A stretch of DNA of 48,952 bases from an uncultured Candidatus Saccharibacteria bacterium (lineage in GTDB: Bacteria > Patescibacteriota > Minisyncoccia > Phycocordibacterales > CAIRYW01). This document shows, piece by piece, positions 16,725-25,254 of the stretch (positions within the stretch are counted from its first letter, which is position 1; the number at the start of each line of letters is the position of its first letter). Location: positions 1 through 48,952 of the forward strand of contig CAZOAK010000003.1 of the NCBI GenBank assembly GCA_964577785.1. Direction: 5' to 3'. The translations under genes and the position numbers were made by a program. The notes beneath the pieces were generated by a model, which was not told where the DNA came from, did no database searches, and was given only the letters and a program-made list of their open reading frames with translations.

Positions 16725-17531
16725 ATGCCTGAAATCAAGACTTGGACACAAAAACAAATTAAACAGCATGAGATTGCTGGACAGAAGCTTGAACTTATTA
16801 AGAGTGAATTTCATTCCTATATTCTCAAGAATATTGGAATATCAAAAACAATAACTGAGAGTGACTGTGTTAAGTTTATTAAAAATTCCTACAAAAAACA
16901 TGGTTTAGTAAATGACCATAAGAAAGAATTCGCGATTGTAGCGTTTGGATCTAACACTAAAGAAGTCCACTATTTCCCAAAGGGTGGTGGATTAGTATTA
17001 AAACCTGAAAGCTTAATCCTCTTAGACATTTGGGCCCGCCTGCCATCGCCTGCAGGCTTAGCCAATGGCGGGCATGCCCGTCTTGATGAGAAAGGGGCGC
17101 CGTACGCAGACACAACATTTATGTTTTATGCTGGTAAAAAAATTCCCAAAGAAATCCAAAAGACTTGGAAAGTTTTAGTTAGGTCTCGCGATAATGCAAT
17201 TAATTATATAAAGAAAGAAATTAAGAAATGCAAATTCCCTCGTGGATTAGATATAGACAGAATCGCTCATGATCACGTTGGAAATAATGGCCTGGGGCAT
17301 GCAATTAAACACACAATCGGGCATTCGCTTGGATTTGATTCACCACACGGCAAACTCCCGGGAATTAATTGGAGAGAGTATTCCCCAATTCTCCAAAATG
17401 TTGGATATACGATTGAGCCTGGTATCTATTTAAAAAACTTCGGCATGCGCACAGAAATAGATTTTTATATCAACAATAAAAATGAAATTATAATTACTAC
17501 ACATATACAAAATAATATTGAGTTAGTATAA
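16725..17531 (+). CDS. M24-family metallopeptidase carrying a GC-rich in-frame insert
   Basis: DIW..YADTT, HSLGF and GYTIEPGIY..RTEIDF match the M24 pita-bread metal ligand pattern. ATG at 16725. Confidence 0.8.
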   Translation: MPEIKTWTQKQIKQHEIAGQKLELIKSEFHSYILKNIGISKTITESDCVKFIKNSYKKHGLVNDHKKEFAIVAFGSNTKEVHYFPKGGGLVLKPESLILLDIWARLPSPAGLANGGHARLDEKGAPYADTTFMFYAGKKIPKEIQKTWKVLVRSRDNAINYIKKEIKKCKFPRGLDIDRIAHDHVGNNGLGHAIKHTIGHSLGFDSPHGKLPGINWREYSPILQNVGYTIEPGIYLKNFGMRTEIDFYINNKNEIIITTHIQNNIELV

Positions 17532-17540
17532 TTAATAAAA

Positions 17541-18197
17541 ATGAAATCACCAGAAATAAATGATTCAGATGGCATAGAAAATAGAAAGAAAAAACTTGCT
17601 TCGCTATTTGAGTCAGGTCTTGATTCTGAAGATTGTATTGGATACCACGGAACTAGTCTCGAGGCCTTAGAATATATGATAGAACACGGTTATCTACCAG
17701 GAAACTCTGATCAAGATAAAATAAATGCGATTCATTTTTATCCATTACGCTCTGCTTTCAAAGATGTTCATAGTAATACACCGCTTGAGGAAAACGTAGT
17801 TAAGGAAGCCGCGGGCTATGCCTCTGATATTTCAGGTGAGCATTACTTTCTTAAAAAACTAAACATTCCATTTGATAATGAGGAGACAAGATTAAAATCT
17901 AGATATCTAGTAATAGGGTGTCCTAATGACCCGAGTGACCCTAACGCAGAATATAATTATTTTCTTAAAATGGGAGTGGACAAACGAGCTCTTGATGAAG
18001 CACTTTTTGAAGCAAGAAAAAGAAAGGGTGTCGTACTCTCGTTCAATAATGAAATTGTTAAATCATTTAAAATAATGCCCGGCGATCCTGGCGATCTGAA
18101 AATAATTACTCCAAATGGCCTAAGCCTTGACTACATATCAGGAATAGAACCAATGGGGCAAAAAGAGTGGGACTATTTGGAAAAATTGCAAAAATAG
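17541..18197 (+). CDS. hypothetical protein
   Basis: 218-aa ORF with no recognised motif. Confidence 0.5.
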   Translation: MKSPEINDSDGIENRKKKLASLFESGLDSEDCIGYHGTSLEALEYMIEHGYLPGNSDQDKINAIHFYPLRSAFKDVHSNTPLEENVVKEAAGYASDISGEHYFLKKLNIPFDNEETRLKSRYLVIGCPNDPSDPNAEYNYFLKMGVDKRALDEALFEARKRKGVVLSFNNEIVKSFKIMPGDPGDLKIITPNGLSLDYISGIEPMGQKEWDYLEKLQK

Positions 18198-18203
18198 TAA
18201 TAT

Positions 18204-18248
18204 AAAATAAAATTAGCAGAGCAGTTCTGGCTCCACTAATTTTATTTT
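18204..18248. terminator. AT-rich 13-bp inverted repeat between convergent genes
   Basis: AAAATAAAATTAG / 19-nt loop / CTAATTTTATTTT. Confidence 0.45.
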
Positions 18249-18277
18249 CCTCACCACCCATTACCCACAACTCATCA

Positions 18278-19261
18278 CTACCTATCCCAAGTAAACCCAT
18301 TCCCGAAATGTCCATACTTAGCAGTCTCACGGAATTGAGGTTCTTTAAGTTTTAAGAATTCAATAATTGCTTTAGGTTTTAGATCATACCCTTTTATTTC
18401 TTCTTGTGCCCCATCAATATCTACTACTGCCATAAGTGGTTCTGCTACTCCAATAGCATATGCAATGTGTACATAGACTTCTTTAGCGTTACGAGCTTTC
18501 AAATAATCACAAGCAATTCTTCTCGCCATATATGCAGCACTCCTGTCCACCTTTGTGGCATCTTTACCAGAAAAACATCCTCCTCCAACAGGAATATTTG
18601 GACCGTAATTATCTACTGCAAGTTTCCGTCCAGTAAGTCCTGTGTCTGCTGTAAATCCTCCAATTGTCCATTCTCCGTTTGGGTTTTGCATCCAAGCTTT
18701 TTGTAATTCTTCCCATGAACCATTGAAATGTGGGAGAACTTCTTCTTTCATGCATTTTTCTAATGTAACATCTGACAAATCACCACTTGTGCAAAGTGAA
18801 GTCAAAACTTTCACCACTTTACCATCATTTACTGTCACCTGACTTTTACCATCGTGGCGCCCCATAGCTTTTGCAAGCTTACGAGACAATACAACTTCAA
18901 GCGGAAGCATTTCTGGTGTTTCGTTACAAGCGTAGCCAACCATAATCCCTTGATCCCCAGCACCTTCACGATCTACACCGTGACCAATCTCTGGACTTTG
19001 TTCTACTACATTTACATTCACCCCTATCTGATCATTGTTACCACAATCTCTGTAAACATCTTGTGCAATTTGTCTCATGTTTACATAGGTCTTTGTTGTG
19101 AGCTCACCTGTAATAGATATAATTCCATGACCACCCATAGTCTCTATTGCCACACGACTGTGTGGATCATCTTTTAGACACGCGTCTAATATAGCGTCTG
19201 ATATTTGGTCACAGATTTTATCTGGATGACCTACTGCAACTGACTCTGCTGTTCTTAACAT
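18278..19261 (-). CDS. metK: S-adenosylmethionine synthetase (short form, 327 aa)
   Basis: GHPDKICDQISDAILD, GAGDQGIMVGYA and GGGCFSGKDATKVDRSAAY. Confidence 0.9.
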   Translation of the reverse strand: MLRTAESVAVGHPDKICDQISDAILDACLKDDPHSRVAIETMGGHGIISITGELTTKTYVNMRQIAQDVYRDCGNNDQIGVNVNVVEQSPEIGHGVDREGAGDQGIMVGYACNETPEMLPLEVVLSRKLAKAMGRHDGKSQVTVNDGKVVKVLTSLCTSGDLSDVTLEKCMKEEVLPHFNGSWEELQKAWMQNPNGEWTIGGFTADTGLTGRKLAVDNYGPNIPVGGGCFSGKDATKVDRSAAYMARRIACDYLKARNAKEVYVHIAYAIGVAEPLMAVVDIDGAQEEIKGYDLKPKAIIEFLKLKEPQFRETAKYGHFGNGFTWDR

Positions 19262-19300
19262 AGTTTTTAATTACTTAACTTATAAACAAATATCAAAAGT

Positions 19301-19332
19301 AAAAATCTTTCCCTTTAGGGAAAGATTTTTTT
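19301..19332 (-). terminator. riboswitch expression-platform terminator
   Basis: The minus-strand RNA forms AAAUCUUUCCCU/AGGGAAAGAUUU followed by UUUUACUUUUG. The upstream AAGGGAAGAU could form an antiterminator. Confidence 0.7.
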
Positions 19333-19337
19333 GAGTA

Positions 19338-19467
19338 AATATCTTCCCTTGTCCTAGGTGAGATTTATAAAATCACAACTAAAACATTTTGGGTTGGATG
19401 GGGCACCTTGCGTTGCAGGTTGCCGGACGGATCATAAAGCCAATACTTTCCCCGTCCTCTTGATACT
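19338..19467 (-). promoter_or_regulatory. SAM riboswitch, SAM-I clan (S-box), leader of metK
   Basis: The minus strand reads AGUAUCAAGAGGACGG..GGCUUUAUGAUCCGUCCGGCAACC..GCAAGGUGCCCC..GAUAUU. This gives P1 AGUAUC/GAUAUU, a k-turn-like AUGA, and the GGCAACC and GGUGCC boxes. Confidence 0.75.
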
Positions 19468-19566
19468 ATGAAATTGTGGTAATATTATAGCACAACAATA
19501 AAATTGACCAAATGCAAAAATGACCAAGTTGGGTTATAATATAGAAATAAAACATAACCAATACAA

Positions 19567-19818
19567 ATGATGGAACAACAACAAAATCCTAACGAAACTT
19601 TAATTGAGAGAGTAAGCAAACTCAGTGATGCTGATAAGGGAAAGTTGGAAGGAATATTAAATAATATAGGTTTAGGTATGGGTAATATAGAAAATGCAGA
19701 TGAATCATCCGCAGAAAAAACATTCCTAATAATTGAGGAAGCTCTAAGATCTGATGACAAGATTGATATGAAATCAGAATTAGGAAAGAGATTATACACA
19801 TCCATAGTTGGTGCATAA
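19567..19818 (+). CDS. small acidic hypothetical protein
   Basis: 83-aa ORF whose stop lies 2 nt before the next ATG. Confidence 0.45.
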   Translation: MMEQQQNPNETLIERVSKLSDADKGKLEGILNNIGLGMGNIENADESSAEKTFLIIEEALRSDDKIDMKSELGKRLYTSIVGA

Positions 19819-19819
19819 A

Positions 19820-20653
19820 ATGCTTCGAAAAAATAAAGTTTTGGTATTTGGTACTTTTGACGGTATCCATCCTGGGCATAAGTTTTTCTTAAATGAAGCC
19901 AAAAAAATTGGTGACCTGCATATTTCTGTAGCGTCAGACCAAAGCATAGAAAAGAGAAAACAGAAAAAGCCTATTAAAAATGAGGTTATGAGACTGAAAG
20001 AAATAAAATCATTGAGGATGGCAAAGTCAGCATCTATTGGTGATAGAGTTCTTGGACAATGGTCAGAGATCAAAAAAGTAAAGCCAGACATCATAGCTAT
20101 TGGCTATGACCAGAAAGAATTAGAAAAAAAGCTACTTGAGATAAAGAGTAAATTTAATTTCAAAATAATTAAAATAAAAAGTTTTGAACCTAAAAAATTT
20201 CATTCTAGTATTCTAAAAAAGAAATGTGTGTATTGCACCATCCCTGAAATCAAGGCGAGAAAAATAGTAGAAAATAAATATGCATGGGCATTCCCTACTA
20301 ATATTCCAATTGTCCCAGGACATCTACTCATAGCTCCTAAAAGATGTGTGGCAAAATTTGAAGATATGAAAAAAATAGAAATAGAAGCTGTTTTTAGTTT
20401 GCTCCGCAAACTAAAAACATCCTTAAGTAAAACATTTAACACAGAAGGTTTTAATATTGCATGGAACGAAGGCGAGCTTGCTGGACAATCGGTTCCCCAC
20501 TTTCATCTTCACGTCTTACCACGGAAAAGTGGTGATACAGGAATTACAAAATACGAACCACGTAAATTCCTTTACCGCCCAGGAAGTCGTGAAGCTACGG
20601 CAGAAGAAGAATTACAAGCTGTAGCAAAATTAATAAGAAATAATTTAGAATAA
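19820..20653 (+). CDS. cytidylyl/adenylyltransferase-like domain fused to a HIT-family domain
   Basis: N-terminal VLVFGTFDGIHPGHKFF (HxGH nucleotidyltransferase) and C-terminal GHLLIAPKR..VPHFHLHVLPR (histidine triad). Confidence 0.75.
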   Translation: MLRKNKVLVFGTFDGIHPGHKFFLNEAKKIGDLHISVASDQSIEKRKQKKPIKNEVMRLKEIKSLRMAKSASIGDRVLGQWSEIKKVKPDIIAIGYDQKELEKKLLEIKSKFNFKIIKIKSFEPKKFHSSILKKKCVYCTIPEIKARKIVENKYAWAFPTNIPIVPGHLLIAPKRCVAKFEDMKKIEIEAVFSLLRKLKTSLSKTFNTEGFNIAWNEGELAGQSVPHFHLHVLPRKSGDTGITKYEPRKFLYRPGSREATAEEELQAVAKLIRNNLE

Positions 20654-21249
20654 TGGAATACCTAGATCCAAAATTTATTATTGAGACACTCGGACTAATT
20701 GGAATATTTGCAATAATATTTGCTGAATCAGGTTTATTCTTTGGTTTTTTTCTCCCTGGTGATTCACTGCTTTTTACTGCAGGCCTTTTAGCATCACAAG
20801 GCTTACTATCTCTGTACCCACTTTTAATTGGAAGCATTATTTGTGCAATACTGGGTGATAGCGTGGGTTATGCCTTTGGTAGAAAGATAGGACCAAAAAT
20901 ATTTACTAGAGAAAACTCATTAATTTGGAATAAAAATCATATAGAAAAATCTCACAAATTCTTTGAGAAATATGGTAAGAAATCCATAATACTTGCTCGT
21001 TTTATGCCAATAGTACGAACATTCACCCCAATACTAGCAGGAGTGGGTACTATGGAATATAAAACATTCCTACGATACAATATTATCGGAGGATTATTAT
21101 GGGTTTTGGGACTCACATTGCTCGGGTTTTTCTTTGGCAAAATAATTCCTGACCCAGACAAATATCTCCTCCCTGTGATTATTTTGATAATAATTATCTC
21201 AATTCTCCCAGCAGTAAAAGAATTAATTAATAGTAGAAAAAAACAATAA
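20653..21249 (+). CDS. DedA-family membrane protein (stand-alone paralogue)
   Basis: FLPGDSLLFTAG, GDSVGYAFGRKIG and ARFMPIVRTF. The start overlaps the previous stop (TAATG). Confidence 0.85.
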   Translation: MEYLDPKFIIETLGLIGIFAIIFAESGLFFGFFLPGDSLLFTAGLLASQGLLSLYPLLIGSIICAILGDSVGYAFGRKIGPKIFTRENSLIWNKNHIEKSHKFFEKYGKKSIILARFMPIVRTFTPILAGVGTMEYKTFLRYNIIGGLLWVLGLTLLGFFFGKIIPDPDKYLLPVIILIIIISILPAVKELINSRKKQ

Positions 21250-21254
21250 TAAAC

Positions 21255-21569
21255 ATGAAAAATTTCATTGAAGAATTCAAAGCATTTGCCATAAAAGGTA
21301 ATGCGATCGAGCTAGCTGTCGGTATTGTAATCGGTACTGCATTTAATAACATAGTTAACTCTCTTGTTAATGATGTAATAATGCAAATTATAGCAATGAT
21401 ATTTGGTCAGCCAGATTTTAGCATGATTATGCTCGGTTCTATTAGAATAGGTAGTTTTATTAATGCAATAATAAACTTCATAATAATTGCCCTATCAGTA
21501 TTTGTAGCTATTAAGGCAGTAAATAAATTGGTGAGGAAGCCAAAAGAAGGTGGCGAGGTAGTTAGGTAG
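21255..21569 (+). CDS. mscL: large-conductance mechanosensitive channel
   Basis: FKAFAIKGNAIELAVGIVIGTAF, in a 104-aa protein with two TM segments. Confidence 0.9.
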   Translation: MKNFIEEFKAFAIKGNAIELAVGIVIGTAFNNIVNSLVNDVIMQIIAMIFGQPDFSMIMLGSIRIGSFINAIINFIIIALSVFVAIKAVNKLVRKPKEGGEVVR

Positions 21570-21582
21570 TAAGTTGGTCAGG

Positions 21583-21629
21583 AAATATAAAATAAGACGA
21601 CACAAAAAGTGTCGTCTTATTTTATATTT
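21583..21629. terminator. bidirectional terminator with a 21-bp perfect stem
   Basis: AAATATAAAATAAGACGACAC / AAAAA / GTGTCGTCTTATTTTATATTT. Confidence 0.8.
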
Positions 21630-21671
21630 AATTCCCTTACAACCTTACCAGCTAACAAACTTACAACCTTT

Positions 21672-22331
21672 TTACACAATTCTCCCATCATCCAAATTCA
21701 CAATCCTATCTGCAACTTTTGCATAATCATCCTCATGAGTCACCATAACAATAGTTTGTCCCTCCTTATTTAATTCTTTAAACAAATTAATCACAACTTC
21801 AGATGACGCGTTGTCTAGGTTCGCAGTTGGTTCATCAGCAAAAAGTATTTTTGGTTTATGTGCGATAGCACGAGCAACAGATACTCTTTGTTGTTCTCCA
21901 CCAGATAATTGGCTTGGCAAATTATTTACTCTATGTCCAAGATTAAATCTCTTGAGACTTTCCTCACCCATTCTGTATGCTTCCGCCTTATTCATACCTT
22001 GCATAAGAAGTGGTAACGCAATATTTTCAAGTGCAGTTAAATCTGGCAATAATGCATAATCCTGAAAAACATACCCTAAATTTTTTAATCTAAAAAAGGT
22101 TTTTTGGTCTGGCGTTAAATTATGAGTATCTATTCCATCTATTATTATCTCTCCACTCGTAGGTTCATCAAGAAGTGACATCTGATAAAGAAACGTACTT
22201 TTACCTGCACCACTACGTCCCATGATAGCAATAAATTCACCATCCTCAGCATGAAAATCAATACCCTTCAGAACTGCGGTCTGCTTATCACCATCAATGT
22301 ATGTTTTTACTAAATTTTTTACCCTTATCAT
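21672..22331 (-). CDS. ABC transporter ATP-binding protein (MacB/LolD-type)
   Basis: Walker A GRSGAGKST, signature LSGGEQQRV and Walker B ILFADEP. Confidence 0.9.
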   Translation of the reverse strand: MIRVKNLVKTYIDGDKQTAVLKGIDFHAEDGEFIAIMGRSGAGKSTFLYQMSLLDEPTSGEIIIDGIDTHNLTPDQKTFFRLKNLGYVFQDYALLPDLTALENIALPLLMQGMNKAEAYRMGEESLKRFNLGHRVNNLPSQLSGGEQQRVSVARAIAHKPKILFADEPTANLDNASSEVVINLFKELNKEGQTIVMVTHEDDYAKVADRIVNLDDGRIV

Positions 22332-22383
22332 TGTGTTTTAATTAATTGAATACTTGAAAATTGAAACTTGAATAATTTGAAAG

Positions 22384-23628
22384 CTATCTTCCTAAAATAG
22401 CATCTAATGTATTTTTTCTAACTATCATTCTAGCTGGAATGTAACCTGCGATTAAGGTTGTAAACATTAAGAGCAATACTCGAAACATCGTCCCAGAAAA
22501 TGGGGCTACAAGAATACCGTCACTAAATGGAAAATTAATTGGGTACGCGTCAAACAGAGGAACTAAAATGGTATAAACAATTACAACTCCGATAATGGAG
22601 CCACACAATGCATAAAATATGGATTGGAATACGTATGATATTTCAATTACCTTTCCATCAATTCCAATACCTTTCATGATCCCTATAAATTTTCTACGAG
22701 TAATAGCATTTATAAAAATCACAATAAATATTGTTATCGACGCAACAGCAAGTCCGATGGAACCAATAGCATTCCCGAGTAGTGCAAATGTTGCTTTAAT
22801 ATCCTTTAGAAACTTTGGCTGTGCATCCTCGAATGTTTGAAGTTTTGCATAAGAACCATATCCCAACTTTTTGAGAATATCTCTGAGAACCATGGGAGAT
22901 ACACCCTCTTTTAAATTTACAGCTATATCATCCACATTTTGGTCATCACGACCAATCATAGTTCGAAACTGTTTATCAACCATAAATATTTTAGCACTAA
23001 CATCATCAACCTTACTCTTCAAAATACCCTTTACAGTCACCTCACGAGTTGTACCATTTACACTTATTCGCATTTTAGATCCAGGATAGACATTGGTTAG
23101 CGCAGTAAATCCCGGAGCCTCAATATCAGTGTATTTTTTTATAAAAAACGAACCAACAAGTACCTTATCATAATCATCTGGCTCTAGATAACTCCCTTCA
23201 ACGATAAATTTAGATATATCTGTTAATTTGTCCTCAGCCACTGGATCAATTCCAGAAAAAGTGACGCCTGTTTTTTCTTCATCAGTTTGTCTAGCTTTTT
23301 GTTTATAATTTACCTCAGCAGTTCCACTCTCAACATATCGTGCAGAGAAACTTTCTACCTCATCCATTCCTTCTAAAACCGCAATAATCTCGTTAGACTT
23401 TTCTATATAATCTTTTTTATCAAGTTTGGTTATTATAAAATCGCTTGTGTAGTATTTCCTTTGAGCTTCAACAGAACCTTCAATGAGTCCAACAAGAATA
23501 CCAGACACAACCACAAGGTTGAGGAAAGTGAGAACCATCACAGAAATAATAAGGATAGTTGTCCATTTATTAGCCCTCCTTACTTGTCTTATCGCAAGAA
23601 ACCAAGCGATTTTGATTCTTTGAATCAT
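22384..23628 (-). CDS. ABC transporter permease, FtsX/MacB-type
   Basis: N-terminal TM segment, a large extracytoplasmic domain and three C-terminal TM segments. Adjacent to the ATPase. Confidence 0.8.
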   Translation of the reverse strand: MIQRIKIAWFLAIRQVRRANKWTTILIISVMVLTFLNLVVVSGILVGLIEGSVEAQRKYYTSDFIITKLDKKDYIEKSNEIIAVLEGMDEVESFSARYVESGTAEVNYKQKARQTDEEKTGVTFSGIDPVAEDKLTDISKFIVEGSYLEPDDYDKVLVGSFFIKKYTDIEAPGFTALTNVYPGSKMRISVNGTTREVTVKGILKSKVDDVSAKIFMVDKQFRTMIGRDDQNVDDIAVNLKEGVSPMVLRDILKKLGYGSYAKLQTFEDAQPKFLKDIKATFALLGNAIGSIGLAVASITIFIVIFINAITRRKFIGIMKGIGIDGKVIEISYVFQSIFYALCGSIIGVVIVYTILVPLFDAYPINFPFSDGILVAPFSGTMFRVLLLMFTTLIAGYIPARMIVRKNTLDAILGR

Positions 23629-23631
23629 AAT

Positions 23632-25086
23632 TTATTTAGCTTCTGGTGTGAGCATTATTTCATCCCCTTCTATAATCCCAGATATTATTTCTATATTTCC
23701 TTTACCATCTTTCTTACCCAAGATTACCTCAACTTTCTCTGTATTGTTATTATTTTTTTTCAAAACATAATTTTTATCAAGCTCAGATAAAACTGATCTT
23801 TCTGGAATTAAAATAACACCTGGTCGTGTTTCAATCACAATACTAACGTCAGCAGTCATACCTGATAATATTCTTTTATCAACCTTATCGAAAGCTAGTT
23901 TGACTTTATAATTCGAAACTCCATCACGAACTGTTTCTGCTGGATCTATTTGAATAATACTTCCAAAAAATACTTCATCACCATATGCATCAAGTTTTAT
24001 TTCTGATTTATTGCCAATCTTAATTCCAGAAATACTTACCTCAGGAATATATGCTTCAACCTGATACCCTTCACTTATAAGTGTTATTTTTGAAACATTC
24101 GAAGCAACAGATTCTCCAACCTTTGCATCTTGAACTGATATAATTCCAGTAAACGGTGCAGTAATCACAGTCTTTGCTACTTGAGCATCCAAACTTCTAA
24201 CATTTGCTTCCTCAGCTTTAACTCTCGCCTCTTGTATAGAAATATCTGAAAGAGACGTACTAAGATTACCTTCGTAAGAAATTAAATTAGAAAGTGCAGT
24301 ATTAATATTTGTTCGCGCTGACGAAACATCAGAACGATAACCATCAATCATACTGTTTGTTAAAGTATATGATTCCTCAAAAGAATTAACCGCAAACGAA
24401 ACTGAATCCAAAAATGATTTTACTTTTTGTACATACGCCTTTGCATCTGTGAGTGACTTTTCACTATAATTATTAACAGTAAGTGAATTAGCCAGCACCC
24501 CAAATTTAACCAATTCCTTTTCCACATTAGCCCTACCATCATTTATCTTATTTTTAGTACTGAAATAATCATAGAAAGTATATCTGATTTCTGGCCCAGA
24601 TGTTCTAGCATTATCAAAAAACTGATCTACCTTACCTCGTATTGCATCATCAGATTTTGTATACGCATCAATAATAGAATTGACAACCTGCTCCTTGTTT
24701 ATAGAAACGTCTGAAGACAATCCATTATTTTGAATTTTTGAAAGCTCCGCTTTTGCTTCTAATAAGTTAGCACTTGCCTTATCCCGAGATGCTCTAATAT
24801 CAGATGAATCCAAAACTGCAATAGTCTGACCTTTATAGACAGCATCTCCGACTTTTTTATAGACTCCAGCTACAATACCCGATGTTTCAAAGGCCAAATC
24901 TACATTTTCTGCTGGAATAACTTTACCGGAAATGCTTACAACCTTCTCGAAATCCCCCCTGACAACCTTAACACTGTTAATCTCTGTAGAACCATTTTTA
25001 AATACAAAAATACTTACCCCAACCACAACTAGTGCCAAAATAACCATACCCCATTTCGTTTTTATAAAAGATTTTATTTTTTGCAT
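23632..25086 (-). CDS. HlyD/MacA-type membrane-fusion (periplasmic adaptor) protein
   Basis: Anchor, biotinyl/lipoyl-like VKKGQ-type motifs (VYKGQTIAVLD), a coiled-coil hairpin and a beta-barrel C-terminus. Start trimmed to MQKIKSF. Confidence 0.75.
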   Translation of the reverse strand: MQKIKSFIKTKWGMVILALVVVGVSIFVFKNGSTEINSVKVVRGDFEKVVSISGKVIPAENVDLAFETSGIVAGVYKKVGDAVYKGQTIAVLDSSDIRASRDKASANLLEAKAELSKIQNNGLSSDVSINKEQVVNSIIDAYTKSDDAIRGKVDQFFDNARTSGPEIRYTFYDYFSTKNKINDGRANVEKELVKFGVLANSLTVNNYSEKSLTDAKAYVQKVKSFLDSVSFAVNSFEESYTLTNSMIDGYRSDVSSARTNINTALSNLISYEGNLSTSLSDISIQEARVKAEEANVRSLDAQVAKTVITAPFTGIISVQDAKVGESVASNVSKITLISEGYQVEAYIPEVSISGIKIGNKSEIKLDAYGDEVFFGSIIQIDPAETVRDGVSNYKVKLAFDKVDKRILSGMTADVSIVIETRPGVILIPERSVLSELDKNYVLKKNNNNTEKVEVILGKKDGKGNIEIISGIIEGDEIMLTPEAK

Positions 25087-25254
25087 AATTTGAATTATTT
25101 TTTGTTTTATTTGATTATTATATACCAAAACCATTATATTGACAAGATTATTATTCTGATACATAATTGACTAGATTTTACTAGCATTTATTGAAAAAAT
25201 ATGCTTTAATGCTAGTTACCGCTTCTGCGGTCTTTTTTTATAATTTAAATCAAA

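Noticed and set aside
16701-16814. N-terminal extension of the 16299-16814 ORF and the TTG-type start at 16638 of the M24 ORF
   Set aside because: The extensions overlap each other antisense. Trimming to MFTTT (16700) and ATG 16725 gives a normal divergent pair.
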